A stretch of DNA of 64,000 bases from Octopus bimaculoides. Lineage: Eukaryota. The position numbers and the translations under genes were made by a program. Shown here piece by piece: positions 51,490-64,000 of this stretch. A model generated the notes under the pieces. It saw only the letters and a program-made list of their open reading frames with translations, ran no database searches and was not told where the DNA came from. Numbering within the stretch: the first letter of the stretch is position 1; the number at the start of each line of letters is the position of its first letter. The DNA lies in the NCBI RefSeq assembly GCF_001194135.2, contig NC_068984.1:63825196-63889195 (forward strand). The letters run 5' to 3'.

Positions 51490-51630
51490 GGTTGCAAATT
51501 CTGACACAAGGACAGCACTTTTGAGGGAGTTGTAAATCGACTGCATTGACCCCTGTGTTCCACTTGTACTTATTTTGTCAATCCCGAAAGGATGAAAGGC
51601 AATTCGGCTTCAGGGGAATTTGAACTCAGA
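51490..51630 (-). mobile_element. SINE family B 3' portion, tail-to-tail with the preceding copy
   Basis: cccgaaaggatgaaaggc..ggaatttgaactcaga. Confidence 0.75.
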
Positions 51631-51708
51631 AAGCAAAAACGTCACCTTAGTTCATTGGTAGTGAACTGCTGACACCGTAGTACATCTCCATCGTTAGAAG
51701 CTGTACAA

Positions 51709-51740
<32 letters not shown>

Positions 51741-51937
51741 GCAATAATAATAATAATATGAATAATAATAATCCCTGTTGTCAGTCAAACATAAGCGTTA
51801 TCTCTATAATAGTCAAACATAAATGTTATTTCTAATTCAGTCAAATATAAAACTTATCCCAACTGTATTTAAAGATAATGATTATTCCCATTGTCATCGA
51901 AGCATTGGGTTCAATACCACTCAGTCTGAAAAAAAAA

Positions 51938-52037
51938 CATCTGAAAACATTAGAAATACCCTCTAAATCTAGGTGTTTTGCAAAAGTCCGCATTACTTGG
52001 AACTGCACGCATATTGCGTAAAGTACTGTCTGTTTGA
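51938..52037 (+). mobile_element. R4/Dong-clade ORF C-terminal fragment followed by (TAG)n
   Basis: LQKSALLGTARILRKVLSV*; homologous to 44976-45075. Confidence 0.8.
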
Positions 52038-52084
52038 GAACCTAGTAGTAGTAGTAGTAGTAGTAGTAGCAGTTTTTTTATAAG

Positions 52085-52287
52085 CTCAGAAAATATAAAG
52101 ATATGATGATTGAAATCGAGAAAATGTGGCATCTCAAGCCGGTAACAATGCCAGTGATCGTAGGAGCACTTGGAATGATCAAAAAGGGAACTGTGAAGTA
52201 TTCAAGGTTGATCCCTGGCTTACCATCCATGCAGCAAGTGCAAAAGATTGTATTTCAGACGTATTGAGGAGAGCATTGTCGCTTTGA
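52085..52287 (+). mobile_element. R4/Dong-clade endonuclease C-terminal fragment
   Basis: KYKDMMIEIEKMWHLKPVTMPVIVGALGMIKKG...VQKIV. Confidence 0.85.
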
Positions 52288-52581
52288 TTTTTCCTTCCTT
52301 TCTTCCCTTTATTTTCTGTTTTCTTTTTCATTTTTCTTTTTTCATCTTTCCTTTTTCTCTGCCTTTCTTCTCCATTTTTGTATCACATGACTTTGTAATT
52401 GAAACATCTAATGTCTTTATTTTAATACCAATGAATACATCGAGTTTATTTGCCCTGAGTATCAAGAAGACATTCGGCAAGAAATGAAAACAAAATTGAA
52501 AGAAGAAGAAAATAATTAACCGGATGATAGAGAGAATTAGAGAGATAATGTGATATTGAAGGCAGGAGACTGCAAAAGTGG

Positions 52582-52619
<38 letters not shown>

Positions 52620-52910
52620 TTTGAGTGATACTGGTGAAGTGTATATGTGTATATACGTGATTGCGCATGAATCTGTATGCATTTGTTTAATACGAAGTGC
52701 AGCGTGGGAAAGTAGTATATGCGTGCGTGCGAGTGAATATTAGTATGTAATAGTAGAAGTAATATTAGGAGGTAATAGTAGAAGGGCGTGGGGCCGGAAG
52801 GATGGGTGATACATGTGTGTGTGTGAGCGTGTACTTTTGTGTGTGTACATATGTGTGCGAGTGTGCATGATTTTCTGCATGTATTCGTTTGCATGCATGT
52901 CTGTGTGTAT

Positions 52911-52946
<36 letters not shown>

Positions 52947-53296
52947 GTACCTGTGTCGGTGTATGTGAGGAGTGTTTTGGAATTTTTTATGATTATATGT
53001 AAACGTGTGTGCCTGAATGTGTGTGTGTGTGTGTGTTAAGTCCAAACGACAGAAACCGGGACAAGCCGTTGCAAAATGTATTCATAATAAAATTATTTTA
53101 GCGTTTCTTACCTTGTCTTATTTTCCTTATACATATCAATTCGTATGTCACTTTTCAACATTCTAGACTCACACACACACGCACGCACGCACACACACAG
53201 ACACATACACACAGACAAACACACACACATACACAGACACACACACACCCACTCACACACACAAACACACACGGACACACACAGACACACACACAC

Positions 53297-53332
<36 letters not shown>

Positions 53333-53864
53333 ACACACACACACACACATATATATAGGATACTGAGACATTGGACATAATAACATAAAATGAAATAGAT
53401 CAATTGCAGCGTTTAACTGCATCGAAAATGCCACACGTTAAATAAGACGAAAATGTTGGGGAATCAAAATTAATGAGAAGGAAAGCAACTGGTGAATACA
53501 TACACGCACATGCATTGCTACGTATACACGGACACACATGCACGCGTATATATTCAGTGTATCCAAAGCATACTGAAAACATCAAATAAACTTCACTTAA
53601 AAATATTATGATTCAAACTGATAGAAGAGTGTAAATATTTTTGACAAGAAAAAAACTGATCGCGAGACTGTAAAAATAAAAATAGTGGAACAAATATGTG
53701 TAGGATTTATAATTCAGGTTGGATGAGTTAATTAACATGCTGAACCTGAGGGTCTAGAAAGAGAAATATTAACCGCAACAAGAGAGAGACACGAAACATG
53801 AATTTGAAGAATAGTTAAGATTTAAATGGTTACACTAAAAGTAACAAATGACACCTATGTTAGT

Positions 53865-54233
53865 TGTTGTCACTCCATCGCTTACGACGTCGAGGGTTCC
53901 AGTTGATCCAATCAACAGAACAGCCTGCTCATGAAACTAACGTGCAAGTGGCTGAGCACTCCACAGAGACGCGTACCCTTAACGTAGTTCTTGGGGATAT
54001 TCAGCGTGACACAGTGTGACAAGGCTGACCCTTTGAATTACAGGCACAGCAGAAACAGGAAGTAAGAGTGAGAGAAAGTTGTGGCGAACGAGTACAGCAG
54101 GGTTGGCCACCATCCCTCGTGGAGCTTTAGGTGCTTTTGCACAATAAACACTCACAACGCTCGGTCTGGGAATCGAAACCGCGATCCTGTGACCGCGAGT
54201 CCGCTGCCCTAACGACTGGGCTATTGCGCCTCC
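53865..54233 (-). mobile_element. tRNA-derived SINE family C with 14-bp TSD acacctatgttagt (53851-53864, 54234-54247)
   Basis: tRNA-like head ggaggcgcaatagcccagtcgttagggcagcggactcgcgg..ggtttcgattccc; exact TSD. Confidence 0.93.
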
Positions 54234-54671
54234 ACACCTATGTTAGTAACAGCACAAGAAAGAAAATCAAGTAAATGAATTTATAAATAAAGAAAAGGCT
54301 GTATCACACAAATTGTTCATTCGTTTCGCAGTAGACATAGAGTACAACTGTATAACACGCAGAGTGTTCATTCGCAGGCTTCAAAACCCATAAAGGTCAC
54401 AGCAATATACGACAGGAATGTTTGGGGATATAACTAAAAGCAATTGAACAACTGGAAAATGAATTTATAGACTTTAATATGGTTACCTCACATGTAGTGT
54501 GCTCACGCAGTTGCATGCATACATTCGTATATGCATGCATGCATACATGTTCAAGCACATGTATATTAGCATATATACATGCATGTACAAAAACCTTGCA
54601 ATACTAAGTATGTGTAAATATCCATGACTTATATTTTTTATCTCGAATCTTCTACTGCCTTCCATTATTAA

Positions 54672-54863
54672 ACTGCGGCCATGATGAAACACTGTGTTGA
54701 AGTATTTTAGTCGAAAGAATCAACCAGTGATTACTTCTATTTATGCCTTGGTATTCATTCAATCGGACTTTTGTGGAACCCGTAATGTACAGGGACAACA
54801 ACACCAGCACCAGTTGTCAAGCGGTACTGGGAGACAAACTCAAACACACACACACACACACAC
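54672..54863 (-). mobile_element. SINE family A 3' half
   Basis: Reverse complement of the family A tail (cgcttgacaac, cgactaaa, catggccgcag). Confidence 0.75.
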
Positions 54864-54865
54864 AA

Positions 54866-54985
54866 ATGTGTGGTAAGACAAGAAGCTTGCTTCCTAGCCA
54901 CATGGTTCTGAGTTCAGTCCCACTGCGTGGCACCTTGGGAGAAATGTTTTCAGGCGGACTAAAGCTTTCTGAGTGGATTTGGTAG
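54866..54985 (+). mobile_element. SINE family A 5' head
   Basis: gcttgcttcctagccacatggttctgagttcagtcccactgcgtggcaccttggg. Confidence 0.85.
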
Positions 54986-55882
54986 TTGGATATAAAAGCA
55001 TTTCAGTTTTCGGTCTTAGCCTTACACAATAGATCTAGCACAACTATACTTTGCAAGGAACAACTGCACATCTTCTTACGAACACATACGCCGTTTGAAC
55101 TTAACACACATACACATACGTACAGGCACACACGTTTAAATATAATCATAAAAAACTCCAAAAGGCTTCTCACATACACCAACACATATACCCACACACA
55201 CACACACTGATACAGACAGACATGCATGCAAGCGAATACATGCACAAAATCATGCACAGTCGCACACATATGTACACACACAAATACACACGCTCTCACA
55301 CACACGTATCACCGATACCTCCGACCCCGCGACCTACTACTATTACATTGTACTACTACCAACTTGTTAGATTCACTCACATGCACACATATACTACTTT
55401 CCCACGCTGCCATTCAGATTAAACAAATACATACAGATCTATGCGCAATCACATATATACACAAAAACACTTCACAGACTCACAAGTATCACTCAAACTC
55501 ACACACACTCACACACATACAGAGGGCCACTTTTGCATTTTCCTGCCTTCAATATCACACTGTGTCTCTAATTCTCTCTATCATCCGGGTTAATTATTTT
55601 TTGACCATGTAAGGAATCATGCTTTTCCCGGACAATCTGCTCCTTCTCCTTCTCCTTTCCTCTTGACTTTTTCCTCCATCCGACGGAAAACGATGCTGCA
55701 AGCGACATTTCACCTCCTATTTTTCCATTTAAAACTATCACCACTCTGCGTGAATCTAACGTGTTCGACAATTGCTGTATATGACCGGTTGACTCTTGTT
55801 CGTCCCTTCCACATATCCTTATTCTTAGTGCAAGTTTTGAAGGGTGCAGTTTCATGTCAATAGTTATTTTTTCAAAGCTGTT

Positions 55883-56699
55883 ATGAATGTCACAAAGGTA
55901 CTTATTGAGCATATTTTGCTTTATGACAACAATAAAGGCAAGAACGCAACGGAAAGTGCGAGGAATATTAATGCAGTATACTGGGATCGGACAATGAACG
56001 TAAGCCAGTGTCAGTAGTGGTTCCAGAAATTCAGAGCCGGAAGCTACAGCCTAAAAGATGAGCATCATCCTGAAAGATCTGTAAAGCTCGACGAGGACGT
56101 CCTGCAAAGCCTGGTGGAACAAAATCCCATCGTAACTGTCGAGGAACTAGCAGAAAAGCTTGGTTTTGGTGATTCAACCATCTACCGACACCTGCGTGCC
56201 ATCGGAAAAGTCAGAAAATTGGCTCAATGGGTTTCTCAGAAACCTATCGTGTTCGGCCACATACAGTGAGGAACACATAACAAAGGCTGGAGCAGTTTGG
56301 ATAGGAAACGATGCCCCAACCACGATATTCGCCATACATTGCCCCGTCTGATTATCATTTATTTCGCATTCTTCAAAATCATTTGGACGGAAAAAATATT
56401 AATTCTGTAGACGAGGTCAGAACAGTACTGGAGGAGTATTTTTCGTATGACAAGTTAATTTTGGAAGAGGGGCCTTGCAAATCTATCAAATCTATCAAAT
56501 CTATCTGGAGAGCACTGTAGAAAAGGAAAGAGAGTATATTTTAAATTAAAAGAGGAATCTGTTTAACATAATTTTGAAAAACCGCATTATTTTGAAAAAA
56601 AAAACGCATTATTTTGAAAAAAAAACCGCATTATTTATGGTTTTTATTTATGGTATTGTTTATTTTGAAAAACTGCATTATTTATGGAATGACCCAATA
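55883..56699 (+). mobile_element. Internally deleted mariner (DD34D-type) transposon
   Basis: ATG at 55883: EHILLY..KGKNATESARNINAVY...WFQKFRAG...HLRAIGKVRKLAQWV; then PRYSPYIAPSDYHLFR; most of the catalytic core missing; right TIR-like end (revcomp tattgggtcattccataaataatgc); left TIR not found. Confidence 0.9.
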
Positions 56700-57992
56700 T
56701 ATATATATATGTATATGTATGTAAGTATGTATAAATGTTTATGTATATGTATGTACAGTGAGAGAGAGACAGACAGACAGGAAAGAGAGAGATAGATAGA
56801 TAAGTAGATAGATAGACAGACAGATAGGTCGATTCCGGGTTTTTGCACAAATACCTTCAACCAAATTCACTCAGAAGACATTCATCGGCTAAGAGATAAT
56901 GTAGTCTACTTTAACTACAGGACCTCTGACAGGTGGAGCAACCGGATTTCTGGGACCCAAGAGCTAAAGAGTACCCTAAAACCCTCATGCAACAACCATC
57001 TCCCGTTTACAACAAGCACTTTCTACTACCCCCAGCCCAACACACACATTCACATACACGAACATCATTATACTTATCACGCCACACTTTTTATTAGTAT
57101 TTATAATTAATAATTGTAGACCTTGTTGTATAAGCATATGATGAGGCCAAGAGTATCTACCTACAGCCCGAGGGATGTTGTACTGTCTTGCAAAATTTCT
57201 CTTGGAGGTCCTGAAACTAGATAACTTTTTCTCTAGGTGTTCTGTAATGAAACAGAACCTAGAACTATTTAGTAGTGAAGGAAATGTCTTAACCACAAAG
57301 CCATGATTAACCTCATTGCAAACGTTGAAGTGAAAAAAAACTATTTTGAAAAGAACTTTTCAATAAAATTTGGTGAAGAAATAAATAAAAAAATGCAGCC
57401 TGAGGTTACAGAAGCCATAGCAGACATCAATAAAAATCTGTTGCATTCGATGATATCTAGAATATACGAAGTAAATGTGAGTATGTTGTTTGACGCTCAA
57501 GATATGAAGTCTGCTGGAGTAAGGAAGATGGTACGAGCGAATAACTGAAACTGAGACACAAACAAAAGATTTCTCATGCGAAGGACACTATGCTGCTTTT
57601 AGCATCACGCGTAAGTGGACACAAGTGTGAACACATCTGAATGTACGGAGGGAAAGACAGAGACCAGAAATTATTCTGAATCAGCATACACGTGCTGTTC
57701 AGGAATACGCAGTGATACAAAGAAAGTTCGAAACGCTCCAATGATAGTAGAGAAAATAAATTAATTATGCAATAACTTTTCTTGCATATGCAAGTGAAAG
57801 TGTAAAACATGCAGCTTCGAGCAATTTATATATTTATTTCTTTATTTTATATTGATTTTCATACATTTTAAATGGTACTTTTCAAAAAAAATGTAAATAT
57901 CCTAACGTGTAAACATCAAATGGTAATTTTTATAGGTATTCATATATTTGAAAATTCGGGCGACGTATCGGCACGCATTTGTAACAAACCCA

Positions 57993-58036
<44 letters not shown>

Positions 58037-59059
58037 NNNNNNNNNNNNNNNNNNNNNNNNNNNNNNNNNNNNNNNNNNNNNNNNNNNNNNNNNNNNNNNN
58101 NNNNNNNNNNNNNNNNNNNNNNNNNNNNNNNNNNNNNNNNNNNNNNNNNNNCAATATATATCATTTGTGTGTGTGTTTGTATATATATATAAATATAACT
58201 ATAGTATGAATTTATAGCAATATATATCATTTGTGTGTGTGTTTGTATATATATATAAAGAGAGAGAGAGTCCGACAGACAGACAGATAACCAGACAGAC
58301 AGAAAGAGGAAAGAGAGAGAGAGAGGGGGGATTTTAACAAAAGGATCCATTAAGGATCCAGATATATCAAAATGAAGCACGTCAAATTGACCCTATCAGA
58401 CGCTTAAGCTGTCTATCACCATAGCACAGAATGCATCGCTGAAAGAAAGTTCACTAGTGTTTGATAATCCACAATTCTGATACTATCCAATGATAAATGG
58501 AACCTTAGGTGTGTCGTAAAATCATGGAAACTGACGAATGGATGACAATGTTACTGCTACAATTTTCATTAAATGACTGTATTGCGTCATAAATATGACA
58601 CCGTCAGGTATGTACAGCATCCATGAGAACGTGTAGTATATAATGCAACTCTCAGCTTATCAGCTTACCAGAATCAATAATTCACCAACAACATGACGGG
58701 ATATTACTGTAAATAACCAAATGTCATACCTGGTGGAGAGATATTAATGGGTGACCCCAATATGAGTCGTGGAATTTTCACACGTACCACAAAATGTTAT
58801 CTGCGATGAAGAAAGAAAACTCGTTAATCATTTTACCACTTTATATCATAAAAGTCTTAATCTAATTTTACCTATTTACACGTCTAGCATTCATTTTCAC
58901 CTGCTTTTTTATTTTTTTATTTTCTCTTGCTTTGTAACTGTTGTAGGTATGTTTCCGGAATTATGTTATTCCATTTTGATTCAACACGCAAGGAATTTGG
59001 TATGAAGTAGTAAGAAGCACAATTGTTGAAGCTTGTATGAATGCTGTTTCTCCAGCAGA

Positions 59060-59265
59060 TGATGATGATGACGAGGAGGAGTTGGGAGGTGGAGAAGAGG
59101 TGGGGAGGAGGTGGAAAGGAGAAAGGGGAATTGAGAAGGAGGAGCATGGCAGTATGCGAAAGAGGGAAGAAGAGAAGGATGGGAGAAAGAGAAAGAGAAG
59201 GTGGTGGGAGGAGGAGGAGGGGGAGGGGGATCATGGATAAGAGGACAAGGAGGAATATATTGTTG
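59060..59265. repeat. Purine-rich (GA/GGA) low-complexity tract
   Basis: Direct reading. Confidence 0.85.
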
Positions 59266-61612
59266 CTGAGGAGAAGGTGGATGAAATTATTCAGCCTGAT
59301 AGAGCTGTGGTGGTTGTATAATTTTAAATATTTGACTTTTGACGTTTTGACATTTCCAAGGGGGCGTGGGATTCTTATAGTTTTACAAAATGTTTCCAAT
59401 CAGAATTTGTGGATGACGTTGTATAAATTTAGAAATTTTTAAATGTTCTGAAATCTCAAATCACACGAATTTGACTTTTTTTTTTTTTTTTGTCATGACA
59501 AGAAAGCAAGGTAATTTTAACAGAATACTTGTTACCCATTCCAGACTTAGCTATAATGAAGAATTAAGCTACTTGCTTTAAAAAATAACTCTCTCTCCCC
59601 CCTCTCTCTCTCTCTCGCTATATATATATATGTATATATATATATATACATATATATATANNNNNNNNNNNNNNNNNNNNNNNNNNNNNNNNNNNNNNNN
59701 NNNNNNNNNNNNNNNNNNNNNNNNNNNNNNNNNNNNNNNNNNNNNNNNNNNNNNNNNNNNNNNNNNNNNNNNNNNNNNNNNNNNNNNNNNNNNNNNNNNN
59801 NNNNNNNNNNNNNNNNNNNNNNNNNNNNNNNNNNNNNNNNATATATATATATATATATATAAACATTCAGGAGACATGAAGAAGTAATTTAATACAACTT
59901 TCATTTAGCGATTTCGCTTCAATAGAAAATATGATTTTCTATGTTCAAAGTACAGTAGAAAAATAAAGTGCATATTCAATATGATTATGGTTGATAAATG
60001 TTTAATGAGATAGGGAAGTTGCTTTCAGTTATGACATTTAAAAACATATAATCCAATTAAAAGCATTATCTTTGGCGCGATACGACAGTAAACATATTCC
60101 GACAAAATACTAAAAATGAAAATAAGTTCATGGAGTGTCATTTTAATATATTGGTATTTATCAGTCGATCTGCCTGTACGTATATATGTGTGCAGCTATA
60201 GAGTTCTATATTGTATATGCGTGTTTTCTGAGTTTCTCTATATGATATTATATGAGCGACTTCCTATGTACATTTATCTTTGATTCTCTTTTATATGTGT
60301 TATGTGAATTAATGTTGTTTAGCTTTTTATTTTCTCGTCACGATATTCACGTATAAATGAAGTTAAAACTTTATTACAGGGTTTTGATCATTAATAATAA
60401 TGGTGTTACATAAATCAAATAAATATCGACATGATAGATTAGGTTGTCCATGTTGGTAGTATTTTTGGTGCCGTCGTTTCGATTTCAGACCGACAGGCAA
60501 AGCTACCAAGATCATTTCATCTTCTTCGATAAAGCCAGGACTATAGTATTTGTTATGTGCGTCGCTTCCTTAAGGTGCGGTCTCTTTTGAAGAGAGTTTG
60601 TTTCTTATAATGGGGTTGATGCTGATGCCTTCCTACAAGTATACGAAACGTAACGTTCATGACTTTCCTGCAGATAAACGAAACGTAAGTACAGTCTCCT
60701 CTCTTTCAATGACTTCATATAATCTAGAAATCGGTTGAAACGGAAGGCACTGTCTTACATTAAGATACATATGTGTAAAGATATGAGAAAGTGATATGAC
60801 AGAAGATGTTGTCTGAAAGTGAGAATGGCAGCAATATTGAAAGAAAAGTAAAAAGCGTATTACAATACGTTGCATCATTTTTTCCATTCAACATTGTATC
60901 GTCTCAACATTAGCATAAGTATAATTCTACCACGTAGTTCCAAGTTAACACTAAAATAATTTCTCACTGCCTTCTTCAATTAAATATGCCCCCTAGGTTA
61001 TGTTTTACTATAAGCATATTTACATGTCATTTATGTTATTACAGTAGTGCGTGGGGAGGCATTACAGACAAACGTTTTATGAAATAGGGCTAACTGGGAA
61101 TCGAAATTAAATACTAGATTTAGTTCACTGTCAAAGTAAACGCTACTCACTCAACGATGCTCACGTATATTACTTTCTCGTCATGTATATAATCCAGACG
61201 TAAACAAACACAGAATGCGCTGAACAACGATGCAGAGCTTAAATTAAACTTCTAAGAAAATGAAGTATAACAAGTCTTTGCTATTATATGACAAGTCTAA
61301 AGGTTTGGTGCGGACTCTACTACTAACAACATGATTTTTTCCTTTCAGTTTTCTTTGATACAAAGATGACCAAACCACTGAAACGAACCTAATAGCAAGA
61401 AATATTAGTCTTTTGATGTTCTACTAGCGGCAAAACACTAAATCAACTAACAGATGTTTTCATTTATTATCATTCGTTGTAGCACTATAGTTCAATATTC
61501 TTTTTCTCTCTATCCATTATCCTCTAATTCCTTCATCTTCTCCACTTCCTGTCCTCCTCCGGTCTCACTTTTTTTATCTCTCTCTCTCTTTATGTCACTC
61601 TTTCTCTCTTTT

Positions 61613-61693
61613 CTCTCTCTCTCCAAATCTCTCTCTCTCCAAATCTCTCTCTCTCCAAATCTCTCTCTCTCCAAATCTCTCTCTCTCTCTCTC
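61613..61693. repeat. 16-bp minisatellite (ccaaatctctctctct) x4
   Basis: ccaaat at 61623, 61639, 61655, 61671. Confidence 0.95.
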
Positions 61694-61981
61694 TTACAAG
61701 TATATGCATAACTACACACAACATACAAATATTTATTTATACNNNNNNNNNNNNNNNNNNNNNNNNNNNNNNNNNNNNNNNNNNNNNNNNNNNNNNNNNN
61801 NNNNNNNNNNNNNNNNNNNNNNNNNNNNNNNNNNNNNNNNNNNNNNNNNNNNNNNNNNNNNNNNNNNNNNNNNNNNNNNNNNNNNNNNNNNNNNNNNNNN
61901 NNNNNNNNNNNNNNNNNNNNNNNNNNNNNNNNNNNNNNNNNNNNNNNNNNNNNNNNNNNNNNNNNNNNNNNNNNNNNNNNN

Positions 61982-62017
<36 letters not shown>

Positions 62018-63765
62018 GCATAAACACATATCTGTTTCGGCTTTTCTGCACACTTCGTTTCTAACATTATTAGAGGATTGAGTTGTGCTTTCATCCATCT
62101 AAAGTCGGTAAAATAATGAGCAGTATTATATTGGAGTTGAGTCATTCGATGATTGGCTTTAGAAAATCAGCCTTGTCTGTCTGTTTCTTTTTCTCTCCCT
62201 CTCTTCCCCTCTCATTTTCTCCTCCCCTCGTACTCTATCTCTTCTACTGTCCCTCTTTCTCTCTAAAAGAGAAGTTCTTTTCCATATATTTTTCCGAATC
62301 TTTATCTCAATATTTTTACCATAGCTTTGCTGACATCTCTTTTTCACGTCAATCGTTTAAACTCTATGTCAATCGTGTTCTTTTTTCTCTTTTTCTTCCT
62401 ATTCTCACTCACGGTATATATAACATTTATGTCTTCATAGATCAAATTTACGGACAAAATCCTGCTACCCGTATATGTCCTCCATATTTGAACATATTTA
62501 TCAAGACAGAAGAGCTAAATTCATGCTCGTTCTGTCAAATATTGTTAACAAATGTTCATCATATTACAACGAACATTATTCCACCCATACCAACACCATC
62601 CAAACAAGAAAAATATAATGACGCATTGAATTAAGTAGATGAAGTTCAGTTATTTCTGTAAATAAATTGTTGATACTCCCCGGAAGTCTTTCATCAAACG
62701 TCTCCTCAATCAGGGCTGACCTGGCGTAAATATCAACTGTTACAACAAAAGAGCATTTTCTAGTTAGCATTATGTATTCAGTATATACACTATACGCTGT
62801 ATAACTACATTAATATCTTAACATCCTTAACACAATAATAATCACAAGGGGGGAAAAGGAAGTATATAACATTCTTGTTAATATTTCCATCACTAGATTA
62901 CATGGAAACTAATGTCATTTAGACTAAGTATGTACATAGATGATAAAAAGACTAAGAGATAATCAATACAGATGTGAGAGAATGTATAGTGGCAGAGCTG
63001 ACTTAATGACATAAGTACATTGCGTTTCTCTCTCATTCACACTCTTCACACATACGTACACACACATATGTATATATGTATATATATATATATATATATA
63101 TNNNNNNNNNNNNNNNNNNNNNNNNNNNNNNNNNNNNNNNNNNNNNNNNNNNNNNNNNNNNNNNNNNNNNNNNNNNNNNNNNNNNNNNNNNNNNNNNNNN
63201 NNNNNNNNNNNNNNNNNNNNNNNNNNNNNNNNNNNNNNNNNNNNNNNNNNNNNNNNNNNNNNNNNNNNNNNNNNNNNNNNNNNNNNNNNNNNNNNNNNNN
63301 NNNNNNNNNNNNNNNNNNNNNNNNNNNNNNNNNNNNNNNNNNNNNNNNNNNNNNNNNNNNNNNNNNNNNNNNNNNNNNNNNNNNNNNNNNNNNNNNNNNN
63401 NNNNNNNNNNNNNNNNNNNNNNNNNNNNNNNNNNNNNNNNNNNNNNNNNNNNNNNNNNNNNNNNNNNNNNNNNNNNNNNNNNNNNNNNNNNNNNNNNNNN
63501 NNNNNNNNNNNNNNNNNNNNNNNNNNNNNNNNNNNNNNNNNNNNNNNNNNNNNNNNNNNNNNNNNNNNNNNNNNNNNNNNTGTTTGTGTGTGTGTTTGTG
63601 TGTGTGTGTGTTAGTGTGTGTGTGTGTGTGTGTATGTGGGGGGTATAAACTGCATTTCTAAATCTCTCATCACGATAAAGTGATGGTTTGTTGCAATCTT
63701 AATGTGGTAGTCCCAGGAAAGGGAAGAATGATATTGCTATTTAACCCCCAAGAAACACCGTTTCT

Positions 63766-63915
63766 AGTTGGTTATGTGACACAAGCTTTCTGTGTCCTTA
63801 CGTTTTCAAACAGGGGAGATAAACACCTCCACCCAACAAAGCCAGCATCCAGAAACTAGTTTCTCCCCTGTTTGAAAACTTACGGACACAAAATGCTTGT
63901 GTCACGTAGCCAACT
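63766..63915. mobile_element. 150-bp hairpin/MITE with roughly 55-bp inverted arms
   Basis: agttggttatgtgacacaagctttctgtgtccttacgttttcaaacaggggaga vs revcomp agttggctacgtgacacaagcattttgtgtccgtaagttttcaaacaggggaga. Confidence 0.85.
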
Positions 63916-64000
63916 CGAAGAGAGTGAAATAAAATAGGAATAGCTATCTTTCTCCATAACTACTTTGCAGTTGATGCCAAGGACATGTTTTTCAATGTCT

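Larger units (their letters stand above)
52509..55600. repeat. Large inverted repeat: arms 52509-53048 and 55092-55600, about 2-kb spacer
   Basis: Unique anchor blocks match in inverted order, e.g. ccggatgatagagagaattagaga, gaaggcagga, gcagcgtgggaaagtagtatat, gtacatatgtgtgcga, ttttttatgattatat. Confidence 0.9.

Noticed and set aside
53865-54233. tRNA gene
   Set aside because: The tRNA-like head continues into a SINE body with a TSD and lacks a complete cloverleaf and terminator
58667-58800. Well-formed minus-strand acceptor and donors
   Set aside because: Stops in all three frames; could only be non-coding and is unsupported without RNA data
60674-60684. 11-nt plus-strand microexon-like site
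   Set aside because: Not a multiple of three, and it coincides with a short local duplication (acgaaacgtaa twice)
60420-62770. Short protein-like minus-strand frames (SPGFIEEDEMILVALP near 60500; DIYARSALIEETFDERLPG near 62700)
   Set aside because: No recognisable homology; splice sites weak or ambiguous

Overview
AT-rich, microsatellite-dense eukaryotic DNA with ten N-gaps. The SINE families resemble, from my recall rather than a search, those of Octopus, probably a draft O. bimaculoides-type scaffold. No host gene can be identified, and nearly all ORF-track entries are gap, microsatellite or transposon artefacts. Well-supported content is a transposon graveyard: a Penelope-like RT/GIY-YIG remnant, Tx1-like L1-clade pieces, a LINE-like tail with three C2H2 fingers, several R4/Dong-clade fragments beside (AAT)n tracts, a DD37D maT transposon, an internally deleted mariner, about 15 tRNA-type SINEs (four with clear TSDs) and several fold-back elements. 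The most notable structures not explained by this catalogue are: (1) a 171-codon minus-strand frame containing a 216-nt exon-like segment, visible only after removing a SINE at 31.7 kb; (2) further minus-strand exon candidates, including a 9-nt microexon; (3) an unidentified degenerate coding-like unit present four times at 2.7-7.7 kb, two copies as a fold-back; (4) a roughly 550-bp repeat that sits between AAT tracts next to R4/Dong fragments; (5) a minimal hammerhead-like motif. I cannot establish a new biological system from sequence alone; these are testable leads.
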